Part shown: one piece after another, positions 1 through 8,871 of the stretch | Position numbering within the stretch: position 1 is the first letter of the stretch | How the letters are laid out: each line of letters begins with the position of its first letter | Assembly: GCA_963719855.1 (NCBI GenBank) | Contig: CAVRDK010000004.1 | Span: 938,776-1,002,775 of the forward strand | From: an uncultured beta proteobacterium | GTDB lineage: Bacteria > Pseudomonadota > Gammaproteobacteria > Burkholderiales > Gallionellaceae | DNA length: 64,000 nucleotides | Direction of reading: 5' to 3' | The notes under the pieces: generated by a model | Told to the model about the DNA's origin: nothing | Databases searched by the model: none | The model's input: only the letters and a program-made list of their open reading frames with translations | Position numbers and translations under genes: made by a program

Positions 1-41
1 TTAGAGGTGTCCTGGATAACAGTTCGAAATGGGAGACGAAT

Positions 42-824
42 GTGGGAAGAGACAATCGTGCGTTGTTTCTGCACGGCGGACCTGGCTTGAGCACCGAAAT
101 CGAGCGGCAGTGGTTCGGGGATAGTCTGCCAGTTGTATGGTGGGATCAGCCGACGGTAACCAGCGGGTCGCCAGCGCCGTTTGGACAGTTGGTAGCCGCT
201 GCTGCGGATCAGCTTCGCGCCATGGCCGACGACACTGGCGAGCCGGTGGCGCTGATTGCCCATTCTTTCGGAGGTCAAATTGCGTATGCACTGGTTCGGG
301 AAGCGCCGGAACTGGTCAAGAGCATCACCCTGCTCGGATGCGCTCCCGATCCTTTTCCGCCGTTATTCCGCCTGTGCCGCAGGCTGACTGAAATCCAAAG
401 TTCCCCGGTGCTCGAAGCTGCCATTGCGGACGCTGAGACGCGCTTGGATCAACGCAGCTTCGAGTCCATGGTTCTCGCCGCCGCAGTCCACCCCGCATAT
501 CCCGCCGTCTATTTCGGCCCCGACTCGGCAGCGGCGCGGGATCGCTTCCTTGTCTTGTTTGCCACAGGGTCGATCCTGAATCTGGAAACTTTTCTGACCG
601 TCATGAACGATTTGCTGAACGCGCCAGCCTTGGCGCCAGTGGACGGCTTCGACGGGGAAGTTACGCTTCTGCTGGGACATTACGACCCGCTCCTGGCCGT
701 GGATGAAGACATCGCAACCTGGCAGCGCATATTCCCGCAACTGCGAGCTCAGGTAGTGGATAGCGGGCATTTTATACATCTGGAATTTCCGCCCGAAATA
801 TGGTGGAGAGGTGGCTACTCGTAG
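42..824 (+). CDS. alpha/beta-fold hydrolase (proline iminopeptidase-like)
   Basis: 260-aa ORF with a GTG start. It has an HGGPG-type motif (LFLHGGPGLS), a nucleophile elbow (AHSFGG) and a late His (DSGHF). Confidence 0.7.
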   Translation: MGRDNRALFLHGGPGLSTEIERQWFGDSLPVVWWDQPTVTSGSPAPFGQLVAAAADQLRAMADDTGEPVALIAHSFGGQIAYALVREAPELVKSITLLGCAPDPFPPLFRLCRRLTEIQSSPVLEAAIADAETRLDQRSFESMVLAAAVHPAYPAVYFGPDSAAARDRFLVLFATGSILNLETFLTVMNDLLNAPALAPVDGFDGEVTLLLGHYDPLLAVDEDIATWQRIFPQLRAQVVDSGHFIHLEFPPEIWWRGGYS

Positions 825-846
825 CGAGTCCCTTCACCCACTCATT

Positions 847-901
847 GGGAGGGTTAGGATGGGGGTAGCGCAGTTGGAATGTTGCGTTTCTACCCCCTCC
901 C
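847..901. repeat. G/C-rich palindromic intergenic repeat (GGGAGGGTTAGGATGGGGGTA ... TACCCCCTCCC)
   Basis: Inverted arms visible directly. The same family occurs at 12541-12647 and 57312-57396, and it flanks the composite inserts in cheA and aceF. Confidence 0.6.
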
Positions 902-939
902 TGATGGATAGCGCTTCGTAAAAAATGTAGGGTACGGCA

Positions 940-1920
940 TTGAATACGCTCAGCAATCTGATTCTGCAAATCTATCGCGCGGCACGCGAGACATCGGTGG
1001 AAGAATATCAGGACTTCGTATTGGGTCTGGTAGGGTCGCTGGTTCCATTTACGTCGAGCCGGTGGGTAACGGTCGAACTGACCGATAATCGTGCCATCAC
1101 GCACTGCGCCCATTTGCAGAACGAGCCGACGGATATTGTGCTCGACTGGGACTCAATCAACCGCAAGGATCGCTTGTTGCATATGGTGGCGGCCAATCCC
1201 GGCAAGGCCTATAGCATCCATACGGAGACGTTTTATGCCGGCTGCGAATTTGCGGAAATGCGTGACTATACCCAGCGCTACCGGCACGCCAACAGCTTGT
1301 GTATCGCCGAATTGACCGCGAAGTCGGGTTACTTGCATGGCATCACCCTGTTCCGTGCCGACCAAAATGCCCATTTCACCGATAGCAACGAGCAACTGCT
1401 GGAGCAGTTGTTCCCCCACATGGTGGAAGCATTGACGCAGAACCGTTTGTTGTCGCTCCGGCAGGCTGGCACTGTTGAAGCTGCGTCGGAACAGGGAACC
1501 GGGGCAATCGCCAGCCATGACGGGCTGCTGCATTACGCCGGTAGCGGGTTTAACCGCTTGCTGCAAAAAGAGTGGACGGACTGGAAAGGGATCAAGTTGC
1601 CCAAGGTCATGCTGGACGCGCTCAACCGTGGCAGTGGCGCCGGTTTCTCGGGAATGGCTATAACGGTCTCGACCGCAAGCATCGGGCAGCTGCTTTTCCT
1701 GCGAGCGGCTCCGCGCTGTCCGTTGAGCCAGCTTTCGCCACGCGAAGCGTCAATCGCGAAACTCTATAGCCAAGGACTATCGCATAAAGAGATCGCCGAA
1801 CGGCTCGATATTTCGCCGGTGACTGTACGCAATGTCATCCAGCGCATTTACACCAAACTCGGCATCAGCGATAAAGCTGAGCTTGCGACCATGATCAGCC
1901 GCAGCGGACAGCTCATCTGA
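940..1920 (+). CDS. LuxR-family transcriptional regulator (C-terminal HTH)
   Basis: 326 aa. The C-terminus LSPREASIAKLYSQGLSHKEIAERLDISPVTVRNVIQRIYTKLGISDKAELATMI is a typical LuxR/GerE HTH. The N-terminal domain is unassigned and the TTG start is uncertain. Confidence 0.8.
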   Translation: MNTLSNLILQIYRAARETSVEEYQDFVLGLVGSLVPFTSSRWVTVELTDNRAITHCAHLQNEPTDIVLDWDSINRKDRLLHMVAANPGKAYSIHTETFYAGCEFAEMRDYTQRYRHANSLCIAELTAKSGYLHGITLFRADQNAHFTDSNEQLLEQLFPHMVEALTQNRLLSLRQAGTVEAASEQGTGAIASHDGLLHYAGSGFNRLLQKEWTDWKGIKLPKVMLDALNRGSGAGFSGMAITVSTASIGQLLFLRAAPRCPLSQLSPREASIAKLYSQGLSHKEIAERLDISPVTVRNVIQRIYTKLGISDKAELATMISRSGQLI

Positions 1921-2163
1921 GGCGTTTGGCAAGCCAATGTTGACTTTACGGCGACATACCGGAAATCTGTTCTTCGACAGAAACCAATCTATGAATCTCC
2001 GAAATTGCGTGAAGGCAAAACCGCGTGGCATCATTCTTTCAAAATTGCCCGGCTCAAACAAATCCGATTCATCAAAATCAGCAATCGTTTCACAACGTCA
2101 GTTGGCTGATCGAATTGGGTTATTAAATGCGTTTGGACGAAGCTAAATAAAACGGGTAATGGC

Positions 2164-2647
2164 ATGAGTGAACCACTTGAAATTCTTCCTTGGGACGAGA
2201 ATTATTTTACCGGGATACCGGAGATGGGCGAGCAGCACAAACGTCCAGTTCATTTGGCGAATTAGCTACTGGCGTAGCCAATCAGTCTGACATTACCGAT
2301 TTGAATTATATTTTACTGAACTTGCGGAATATGCGGTGTATCATTTCAAGACTGAAGAAGATTTATGGCATCAGTTCCTTGCGGATGATTCTTGGGAAGC
2401 CGATCTCAAAATTGAGCACATTAACTTTGTGTCCGTTATGATCAGATTGGAAGATGAAGGAAACGGCAAACCGATAGGCGAAGCAATAGAGAACATCCGC
2501 TCATTTCTGACTCATTGGCTTGCGATCCACATATTGGAATCCGACAAGCGAATGGCCAAGGTTGTGTTGGCAGTGCAATTAGGAATGTTTCTGGAACAGG
2601 CCAAGCAACAGGCTAATCAGGATATGATCGTGGCGAAGGTTGTGTAA
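2164..2647 (+). pseudogene. hemerythrin-like metal-binding protein, interrupted by two frameshifts
   Basis: The N-terminus MSEPLEILPWDENYFTGIPEMGEQHK (frame 1) stops at TAG 2263-2265. The middle ELATGVANQSDITDLNYI lies in frame 3. TELAEYAVYHFKTEEDLW...FLTHWLAIHILESDKRM continues in frame 2 (ORF 2336-2647). The second shift sits at the T-run 2311-2314. Confidence 0.55.
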
Positions 2648-2652
2648 GCCAC

Positions 2653-2689
2653 CAACTGCTCATGTAACTAATAGCTACATGAACAGTTG
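2653..2689 (+). terminator. hairpin downstream of the hemerythrin-like gene (possible terminator)
   Basis: CAACTGCTCATGTA (2653-2666) pairs with TACATGAACAGTTG (2676-2689) at 13 of 14 positions. There is no clear U-tract. Confidence 0.3.
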
Positions 2690-2865
2690 TTCCTCATATC
2701 AAATGAGCATATACATAGCTCGCCAAGGAGTTAGGGTATGGAATCGCTATTTGTATTTACCCGCATTCTTGCCCTCGGTTTGCTGAACTGCTGTCAATTT
2801 ATAAAGCGTATCCCGCGTGTGTTCAGCGCCCTCCGTGGCTTCGAGTTTCGCATTATTAGGTTGAT

Positions 2866-3894
2866 ATGTCCTCCATCCAACCATTGCTGATTTTTGATCT
2901 GGACGACGAGCTTTTCGGCTTGGACGCGACCTTGGTGCGTGAATCGATCTGGTTGCCGGAACTAACTCCGGTTGAGGAAGCACCGCCTTACATCGTTGGT
3001 ATGTTCAGCCTGCGCGATCAACTCATTCCCGTTACCGACCTCAATCTGCGTTTCGGTCATCCCGCCCGTCCCTACAGCCTCAGCGATCAAGTGGTCGTGC
3101 TGGAACAGGATCAGTTGTGGATGGGGCTGATCGTCAGCGAGGTGCGCGAAGTAATTGAATTGCCGCTGGCAGCCATTCAGTCATCACCCCAGCCTGATGT
3201 GGAGACGCATCGCAACACCAATCTGGTAGCGGGTGAGGCACGGGTGGATGACGACATAGTGACGTTACTGGATGTGAGCCAACTGGTACACCAGCCGCAA
3301 AACCTGATGGCTACGGACAGGGAGCATCCCGTCAACCGCTTTTGTCCGGAGGCCACACCGGAACAACACGCGGTGTACCGTGCGCGCGCCAAGGCGTTGC
3401 TGGAGACCCTCACCGATGAGGAAGGCGCGCACCTCCCGTTGGCGGTGGTGGAACTGGACGGCGAATACTTCGGCATCGAGCTTGAGTCGGTGCAGGAGTT
3501 CTGTGAAATCACTCACCCCACCCCGATTCCCTGCTGCCCGCCACACATTCTGGGCGCCATCAGCCTGCGCGGCAATTTGTTCACCCTGCTCGACCTGCGC
3601 GTTGCGCTCAACCTGCCGCCTGCAATGCAGAGCAGCAACAAGGTGGTAATCGTCCGTGCTTCGGCCTGGGGCAGCACAAGCCTCGGCGAGCAAGTGGTAG
3701 GCGTGGCTGTGGACGAGGTGCATGACGTCGTCTATCTGCGCCAGGAGGAATTGCAGGCTGCGCCTGCGGCGTTGCATGAACAGCGCGGAACGGAAATCAA
3801 GGGAACTGTGCCTTACGCCGACAAAATGATGGTGGTATTGGATTTGCCCGCGCTATTGGCGCGGGAGGAATGGATAGTCAACGAAAGCGTTTAA
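2866..3894 (+). CDS. cheW: CheW-like coupling protein with two tandem CheW domains
   Basis: 342 aa. Domain 1 is [20 protein letters not shown]...[17 protein letters not shown]. Domain 2 is [21 protein letters not shown]...[17 protein letters not shown]. Confidence 0.85.
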   Translation: MSSIQPLLIFDLDDELFGLDATLVRESIWLPELTPVEEAPPYIVGMFSLRDQLIPVTDLNLRFGHPARPYSLSDQVVVLEQDQLWMGLIVSEVREVIELPLAAIQSSPQPDVETHRNTNLVAGEARVDDDIVTLLDVSQLVHQPQNLMATDREHPVNRFCPEATPEQHAVYRARAKALLETLTDEEGAHLPLAVVELDGEYFGIELESVQEFCEITHPTPIPCCPPHILGAISLRGNLFTLLDLRVALNLPPAMQSSNKVVIVRASAWGSTSLGEQVVGVAVDEVHDVVYLRQEELQAAPAALHEQRGTEIKGTVPYADKMMVVLDLPALLAREEWIVNESV

Positions 3895-3916
3895 CCAAAC
3901 TGATTGGGAGGTTGTC

Positions 3917-5368
3917 ATGTTCGCAAAACTGAAACTGAGCCAGCGCATCTTGCTGGGTTATCTGGCTCCGCTGCTGCTGCTGCTGGGAGCCATGGTGCTG
4001 GTGTTTGTCAGCCTGCAGGAGGACACGCGCGCGGCTAATGAGCACGATATTGTGCAGTCAACCATGCAAGCAGCACAAGAGATGGCTCTCGACCTGGTCA
4101 GGATGCAGCGCTCGACGCGCGGTTATCTGCTGAATAAAACCCCAGATATGCTTAAAGAGTTTCAGGACAACGAAACCGCATACAAGGTTAAATATGAATT
4201 ACTCCTGCACCAGGTGAAAGACCCGCAACAACGGGACACCCTGCTGCGCATGGGTGAGTCGATTAAAACGCTAGTCCAGCAGCAGCATATGCTGCTGGAT
4301 TTGGTGGATCAGGGCAAGGACGCGACAGCCATTGCACAATATCGGAGCGGGCAAATCCCCAGGATGGCACGCGAACTGGACGATGTGGCGAACAGCTTCC
4401 TGCAACAAGAAAATGAGATCACCAAAGGAATAGGGGAAAAGGAAGACGCAGCCATCCGCATGGTCACCAATTCGATCATCTATGGCATGTTGGGCGCCAT
4501 TGCCATGTCGGTAGCCATCGCCCTCTGGCTCGCAGCGGCGATCAGCCGCAATGTTATCGCCAGCGCCACCCAGCTTTCCGCTGCCAGCAGTGAAATTGCT
4601 GCCACCATCGCCCAGCACGAACGCACCGCCAGCCAGCAAGCGGCCGCCGTTAATGAGACTTCCTCCACCATCGATGAACTGTCGGCCTCCTCGCGCCAGT
4701 CGGCAGAACAGGCGGCAAATTCGGCGACGCTGGCGGAGCGTTCCAGTACCGTCACGGTAGAGGGCAGCGATGCCACTCAGCAAGCGGTGGATGCGATGAG
4801 CAGCCTCAAGGACAAGATTGGCGCCATGGCTGACCAGATACTGCATCTGGGCGAACAGACCGGGCAAATTGGCAATATCGCCACCCTGCTCAAGGACTTG
4901 GCCGGACAGATCAACATGCTGGCACTCAACGCGGCGGTAGAAGCCGCCCGTGCCGGCGAGCATGGCAAGGGTTTCGCCGTCGTGGCGAGCGAAATACGCA
5001 AGCTCGCCGACCAGAGCAAGAAGTCGGCGGAACAGACCGCCGTGCTGGTGACCGACATTCAGAAAGCCACCAATTCCTCGATCATGATGACTGAGGAGGG
5101 CACGCGCACTGTGACCGAGGTGACCCAACTGGTGCGGAAGGTAGCCGATCTGTTCAATAATCTGGCCAGCCTGTCGAATAGCGTCAATGAAAATGCCCAG
5201 CAGATGATGCTGAACACCAAACAGCAGTCCGCTGCTTTTTCCCAAGTGGTGCAGGCGACCAACAGCATCGCAGCCGGAGCCAAGGAGACCGTCGCCGGGA
5301 TCGGGCAGACCAAAATCGGGGTACAGAATTTGAACAATGCGGCTGAGAACCTCAAGGCGATTGTGTAA
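3917..5368 (+). CDS. methyl-accepting chemotaxis protein (CHASE3-like sensor region)
   Basis: 483 aa with two TM segments and a CHASE3-like RSTRGYLL motif. It carries the conserved signalling hairpin [43 protein letters not shown]. Confidence 0.9.
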   Translation: MFAKLKLSQRILLGYLAPLLLLLGAMVLVFVSLQEDTRAANEHDIVQSTMQAAQEMALDLVRMQRSTRGYLLNKTPDMLKEFQDNETAYKVKYELLLHQVKDPQQRDTLLRMGESIKTLVQQQHMLLDLVDQGKDATAIAQYRSGQIPRMARELDDVANSFLQQENEITKGIGEKEDAAIRMVTNSIIYGMLGAIAMSVAIALWLAAAISRNVIASATQLSAASSEIAATIAQHERTASQQAAAVNETSSTIDELSASSRQSAEQAANSATLAERSSTVTVEGSDATQQAVDAMSSLKDKIGAMADQILHLGEQTGQIGNIATLLKDLAGQINMLALNAAVEAARAGEHGKGFAVVASEIRKLADQSKKSAEQTAVLVTDIQKATNSSIMMTEEGTRTVTEVTQLVRKVADLFNNLASLSNSVNENAQQMMLNTKQQSAAFSQVVQATNSIAAGAKETVAGIGQTKIGVQNLNNAAENLKAIV

Positions 5369-5391
5369 TGAACCCAGATAATTCATTAGGC

Positions 5392-5437
5392 GTAGGTCGG
5401 GCTTTAGCCCGACATGTCGGGTTGAAAACCGACCTAC
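5392..5437. repeat. REP element, GTAG-headed palindrome (GTAGGTCGGGCTTTAGCCCGAC ... GGTTGAAAACCGACCTAC)
   Basis: Imperfect palindrome that starts with GTAGG and ends with CCTAC, located between the mcp gene and cheA. Confidence 0.65.
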
Positions 5438-5459
5438 AATTCTGCATTCCGCAATCAAT

Positions 5460-7805
5460 ATGATTGAAGACCCAGAACTGCGTCAGTTATTCAAGGCGGA
5501 AAGCACGGAGCATCTCGCCCGTCTTGACGACGGCTTGCTGCGCCTTGAAAAAAATTGCACTGACCAAGCGCTGCTGGAAGAGGTATTCCGCGAGGCGCAC
5601 AGCATGAAGGGCGCAGCGCGCATGTTGGAGTTGTCAAAGATCGAAACCGCCGCGCACGGTCTGGAAAGCATCCTGAACACGGCGCGCAAGGGTGAAGCAC
5701 CGCTCACGCCGGACGTGATCGAACGTATGACTATCGTGCTGCGCGATTTGCGCAAGCTGGTGCAGGAGGCGCTGATCGGAGAACCCGCCGGGCGCACAAA
5801 TACTCCTTCCCCCTCCCAGGGGGAAAGTTGGGTAACCAATGACTTGGCTGGTGTTGTTGGACAGCCAAGTCAGATGTCTATAACCAGCCGCTTGCCCCAC
5901 ACTTTGGGGCTTAGCGGAATGGCTAGTAGTTTCATTAGTAGTTCCATCAATGGGGGTAAAAGTTTAGATGGAAGTAAAAATTCTGAGAATTTGACCAGTT
6001 CAATCCCCTCCCTAGCCCTGCCGGGGGGAGGGGACAGAGGGATTGCAGCCGAGCCTTTCCGTATCGAAACTGTGCGGGTGGAGACGCGCAAGCTGGACGA
6101 TCTGCTTACCCTGGCGGGCGAACTCAGCGTGATTCAGGGACGGGCACAGCATCGGCTGTCGCTGATGGATGAGATGCTGGAACAATGGGCAATGCTGGAA
6201 CGCAGCCGCAGGAAATTTCGCTTCCTGCTGCGCAGGACGGAAACCACAGAAACCATGGCTAAGATGAGCGAAACTGTGCGCCAGATGCTGCGCGCAGATG
6301 GCGACATTGTGGCGCTGCTCGGAAGCCGGATCAAGCAAGCGCGCGATGCTTTATACGAGGACGGCGCGAGGCTGGAATCCACGGCCAACACGCTGGAGGA
6401 GCGGGTGCATGATGTCCGCCTGATGCCGCTGTCCTCCGTGTTTTCGCTATTTCCGCGCATGGTACATGATCTCGCCAAGGAGCAGGACAAGGAAGTAGAA
6501 CTGGTGATCGAAGGAGGGGAACTCAACGTGGACAAGCGCGTCCTCGAAGAAATGAAAGACCCGCTGATGCACTTGTTGCGCAATGCCATTGACCACGGCA
6601 TCGAACCGCCTGCCGAACGCGAACGGCAGGGCAAGCCTCGCGGCGGCACGCTGCGGCTGCGCGCGGTGCAGGAAAACAATAGTGTGCTGCTGGAAGTGCG
6701 CGACGATGGACGCGGCATGGATGTTGACGCAATCCGGCATGTGGCGTTGCAGCACGGGCTGAATGACGAGGCAACGCTCGCCACCATGACCCCGGCGCAA
6801 TTGCAGCAACTGATTTTTTTGCCCGGCTTCTCCACCAGCACCTTCATTACCGAGCTGTCCGGGCGCGGCGTTGGACTGGATGTGGTGCGGGTCAACGTGG
6901 AGCGTCTCAAGGGTGACATCCGCATGGAGTCCGCGCCGCATCATGGCACCATGATGCAGTTGCGCCTGCCGCTGGGTCTGTCTACCACGCGCTTGTTGCT
7001 GGTCAGTGTGGGCGACCATCGCTACGGTTTACCGATTGAATTTGTCCACACCTCGCGGCGCGTGCGCGAGGAAGATATTTTCACCCTCGAAGGTCGCCCT
7101 GCCTTCGAGTTGGACGGACAGGCGGTGATCGCTCCGCGCCTCGCCGATCTGCTGGGCTTGCCCGCCGAAAATCAGGGCGACGAAACGGTATGCATCGTGA
7201 TTCAGGTTGGCGACGAACGGCTTGGGTTGCGGGTGAATGAATTACTGGACGAAGAAGAGGTGCTGGCCAAACCGCTGGGCGCACCGTTGCAGCGGGTACG
7301 CAATGTTTCCGGCCTGACCATACTGGGTAGCGGGGAGATTTGTGCGGTGCTGAATCCTGCCGATCTGCTGCGCTCGGCGCACAAACTGGCTGCCGCGCCC
7401 GCCAAGGGCAAACTTGAGCGGTCTGGGCCGCCGGTCAAAACTTGCATCCTGCTGGTGGAAGACTCTGTGTTGGTGCGCGTCATGGAAAAACGTATCCTTG
7501 AAGATGCCGGTTATGAGATAGTCACCGCAGTTGATGGTGTGGATGCCCTCAATGCGCTGAGTAGCCGTTCCTTTGCGGCAGTCGTATCAGATATCATGAT
7601 GCCCAACATGGACGGCCTCTCCCTCACCGCCCGCATCCGCCAGGAACCGCACTACCACGATTTGCCGGTAATTCTGGTAACCTCCCTCGCCTCCGACGAG
7701 GACAAGCGGCGCGGCCTGGAAGTCGGCGCCAATGCCTATATACCCAAGCCCTCATTCGATCAGCACGTGCTGCTGGAAACTTTGCAAAGGTTGATCGTGC
7801 CATGA
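5460..7805 (+). CDS. cheA: hybrid chemotaxis histidine kinase CheA with C-terminal receiver domain
   Basis: 781 aa. Domains are Hpt (EAHSMKGAARM), HATPase_c (LLRNAIDHGIE, GRGVGLDVV), a CheW-like domain and REC (VSDIMMPNMDG). The stop overlaps the cheB start (ATGA). A 240-bp repeat-derived insert lies in the P1-P3 linker. Confidence 0.9.
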   Translation: MIEDPELRQLFKAESTEHLARLDDGLLRLEKNCTDQALLEEVFREAHSMKGAARMLELSKIETAAHGLESILNTARKGEAPLTPDVIERMTIVLRDLRKLVQEALIGEPAGRTNTPSPSQGESWVTNDLAGVVGQPSQMSITSRLPHTLGLSGMASSFISSSINGGKSLDGSKNSENLTSSIPSLALPGGGDRGIAAEPFRIETVRVETRKLDDLLTLAGELSVIQGRAQHRLSLMDEMLEQWAMLERSRRKFRFLLRRTETTETMAKMSETVRQMLRADGDIVALLGSRIKQARDALYEDGARLESTANTLEERVHDVRLMPLSSVFSLFPRMVHDLAKEQDKEVELVIEGGELNVDKRVLEEMKDPLMHLLRNAIDHGIEPPAERERQGKPRGGTLRLRAVQENNSVLLEVRDDGRGMDVDAIRHVALQHGLNDEATLATMTPAQLQQLIFLPGFSTSTFITELSGRGVGLDVVRVNVERLKGDIRMESAPHHGTMMQLRLPLGLSTTRLLLVSVGDHRYGLPIEFVHTSRRVREEDIFTLEGRPAFELDGQAVIAPRLADLLGLPAENQGDETVCIVIQVGDERLGLRVNELLDEEEVLAKPLGAPLQRVRNVSGLTILGSGEICAVLNPADLLRSAHKLAAAPAKGKLERSGPPVKTCILLVEDSVLVRVMEKRILEDAGYEIVTAVDGVDALNALSSRSFAAVVSDIMMPNMDGLSLTARIRQEPHYHDLPVILVTSLASDEDKRRGLEVGANAYIPKPSFDQHVLLETLQRLIVP
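5806..6045 (-). repeat. composite repeat inserted in frame in cheA (G/C-rich palindromes flanking two hairpin units and a 12-bp microsatellite)
   Basis: The span is 240 bp, or 80 codons. Hairpin units at 5831-5928 are the reverse complement of the AGCCAT...GGTTAT units seen at 21490, 23628, 37866 and 48047. The flanks are CCTTCCCCCTCCCAGGGGGAAAG and CAATCCCCTCCC...GGGGAGGGGACAGAGGGATTG. Confidence 0.8.
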
Positions 7806-8860
7806 TCCGGGTTCTGTTAGTAGACGATTCTCCACTCGTGCTGAACATCCTTCAACGCCTGCTGTCTCGCTCACCCGAAATCCAGGTGGTAGGCACCGCA
7901 ACCAACGGCAAGGAGGCGCTCGATCTGTTGCCCGCCTTAAATCCGGATGTGATCTGCACCGACCTGCACATGCCGGTGATGGATGGGCTGGAATTTACTC
8001 GCGAAGTAATGGCCAAGTATCCGCGCCCCATTCTGGTGGTGAGCGTCTCAGTGGAAGCGGGGTCAGCCAACGTGTTCATGCTGCTCGACGCAGGAGCGGT
8101 CGATGTTTTTCCCAAGCCACGCGCCATTCAGGACGCAGACTTTGACAAGGTAGCAGATGAACTGGCCAGCAGAATACGCATTCTGGCCGGTGTGCGGGTG
8201 ATTCACCGCAGCAATGTCATGAACGCCCCCCTTGCATTGCCGCCCACCACTTCTTCCCGCCCGCAATCCTCGCTTCGCATCATAGTAATCGGCGCTTCCA
8301 CCGGCGGCCCGCAGGCCCTGCGCGATATCCTGTCGCACTTGCCCGCCACCTTCCCGCTGCCGGTGGTGTGCGTCCAGCATATCGGCAGCAGTTTTTTGTC
8401 CGGGATGGTGGATTGGCTGGCTGATGCCTGCACACTAACGGTGCGCAAGGCAGCGCATGGTGAGACACCGCAAACGGGCGTGGTTTATTTTGCACCCGAA
8501 GATAATCATCTGGAATTTAATAGCGACGGATGTTTCCTGTTTTCCATTGCACCGCCAGTGGATGGACATCGTCCCTCGGTCACCGTCACCATGCAGGCGG
8601 CGGCGCGTTGTTTTGGTGGCGGCACAGTGGGCGTGTTGCTGACAGGAATGGGAAGCGATGGCGCCGATGGCATGGCGAGCATTGCCACAGCCGGTGGCAT
8701 CACACTCGCCCAGGACGAGGCTAGCAGCGTGGTGTACGGCATGCCTAAAGCGGCTGTAGCACTGGGTGCGGCACAGAAGATACTGCCCTTGGAACAGATC
8801 GCGCCAGCACTGGAAGCGTTGGTGAATAATCATTGCATTGTTGGCAGCAATCATGATTAG
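7802..8860 (+). CDS. cheB: protein-glutamate methylesterase CheB (REC + methylesterase)
   Basis: 352 aa with REC (CTDLHMPVMDG) and a catalytic domain (IVIGASTGGPQAL, LLTGMGSDG). Confidence 0.9.
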   Translation: MIRVLLVDDSPLVLNILQRLLSRSPEIQVVGTATNGKEALDLLPALNPDVICTDLHMPVMDGLEFTREVMAKYPRPILVVSVSVEAGSANVFMLLDAGAVDVFPKPRAIQDADFDKVADELASRIRILAGVRVIHRSNVMNAPLALPPTTSSRPQSSLRIIVIGASTGGPQALRDILSHLPATFPLPVVCVQHIGSSFLSGMVDWLADACTLTVRKAAHGETPQTGVVYFAPEDNHLEFNSDGCFLFSIAPPVDGHRPSVTVTMQAAARCFGGGTVGVLLTGMGSDGADGMASIATAGGITLAQDEASSVVYGMPKAAVALGAAQKILPLEQIAPALEALVNNHCIVGSNHD

Positions 8861-8871
8861 GAGTCCACAAC

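Noticed and set aside
1-291. 96-aa minus-strand ORF at the window start
   Set aside because: It is antisense to the alpha/beta hydrolase gene, is Arg/Pro-rich and is truncated by the window edge.
4271-5458. 395-aa minus-strand ORF opposite the MCP gene
   Set aside because: It is antisense to a well-supported MCP and has Arg/Gly/Leu-rich low-complexity composition typical of GC-rich shadow frames. Its N-terminus (RHVGLKPDLR) is the translation of a REP element.
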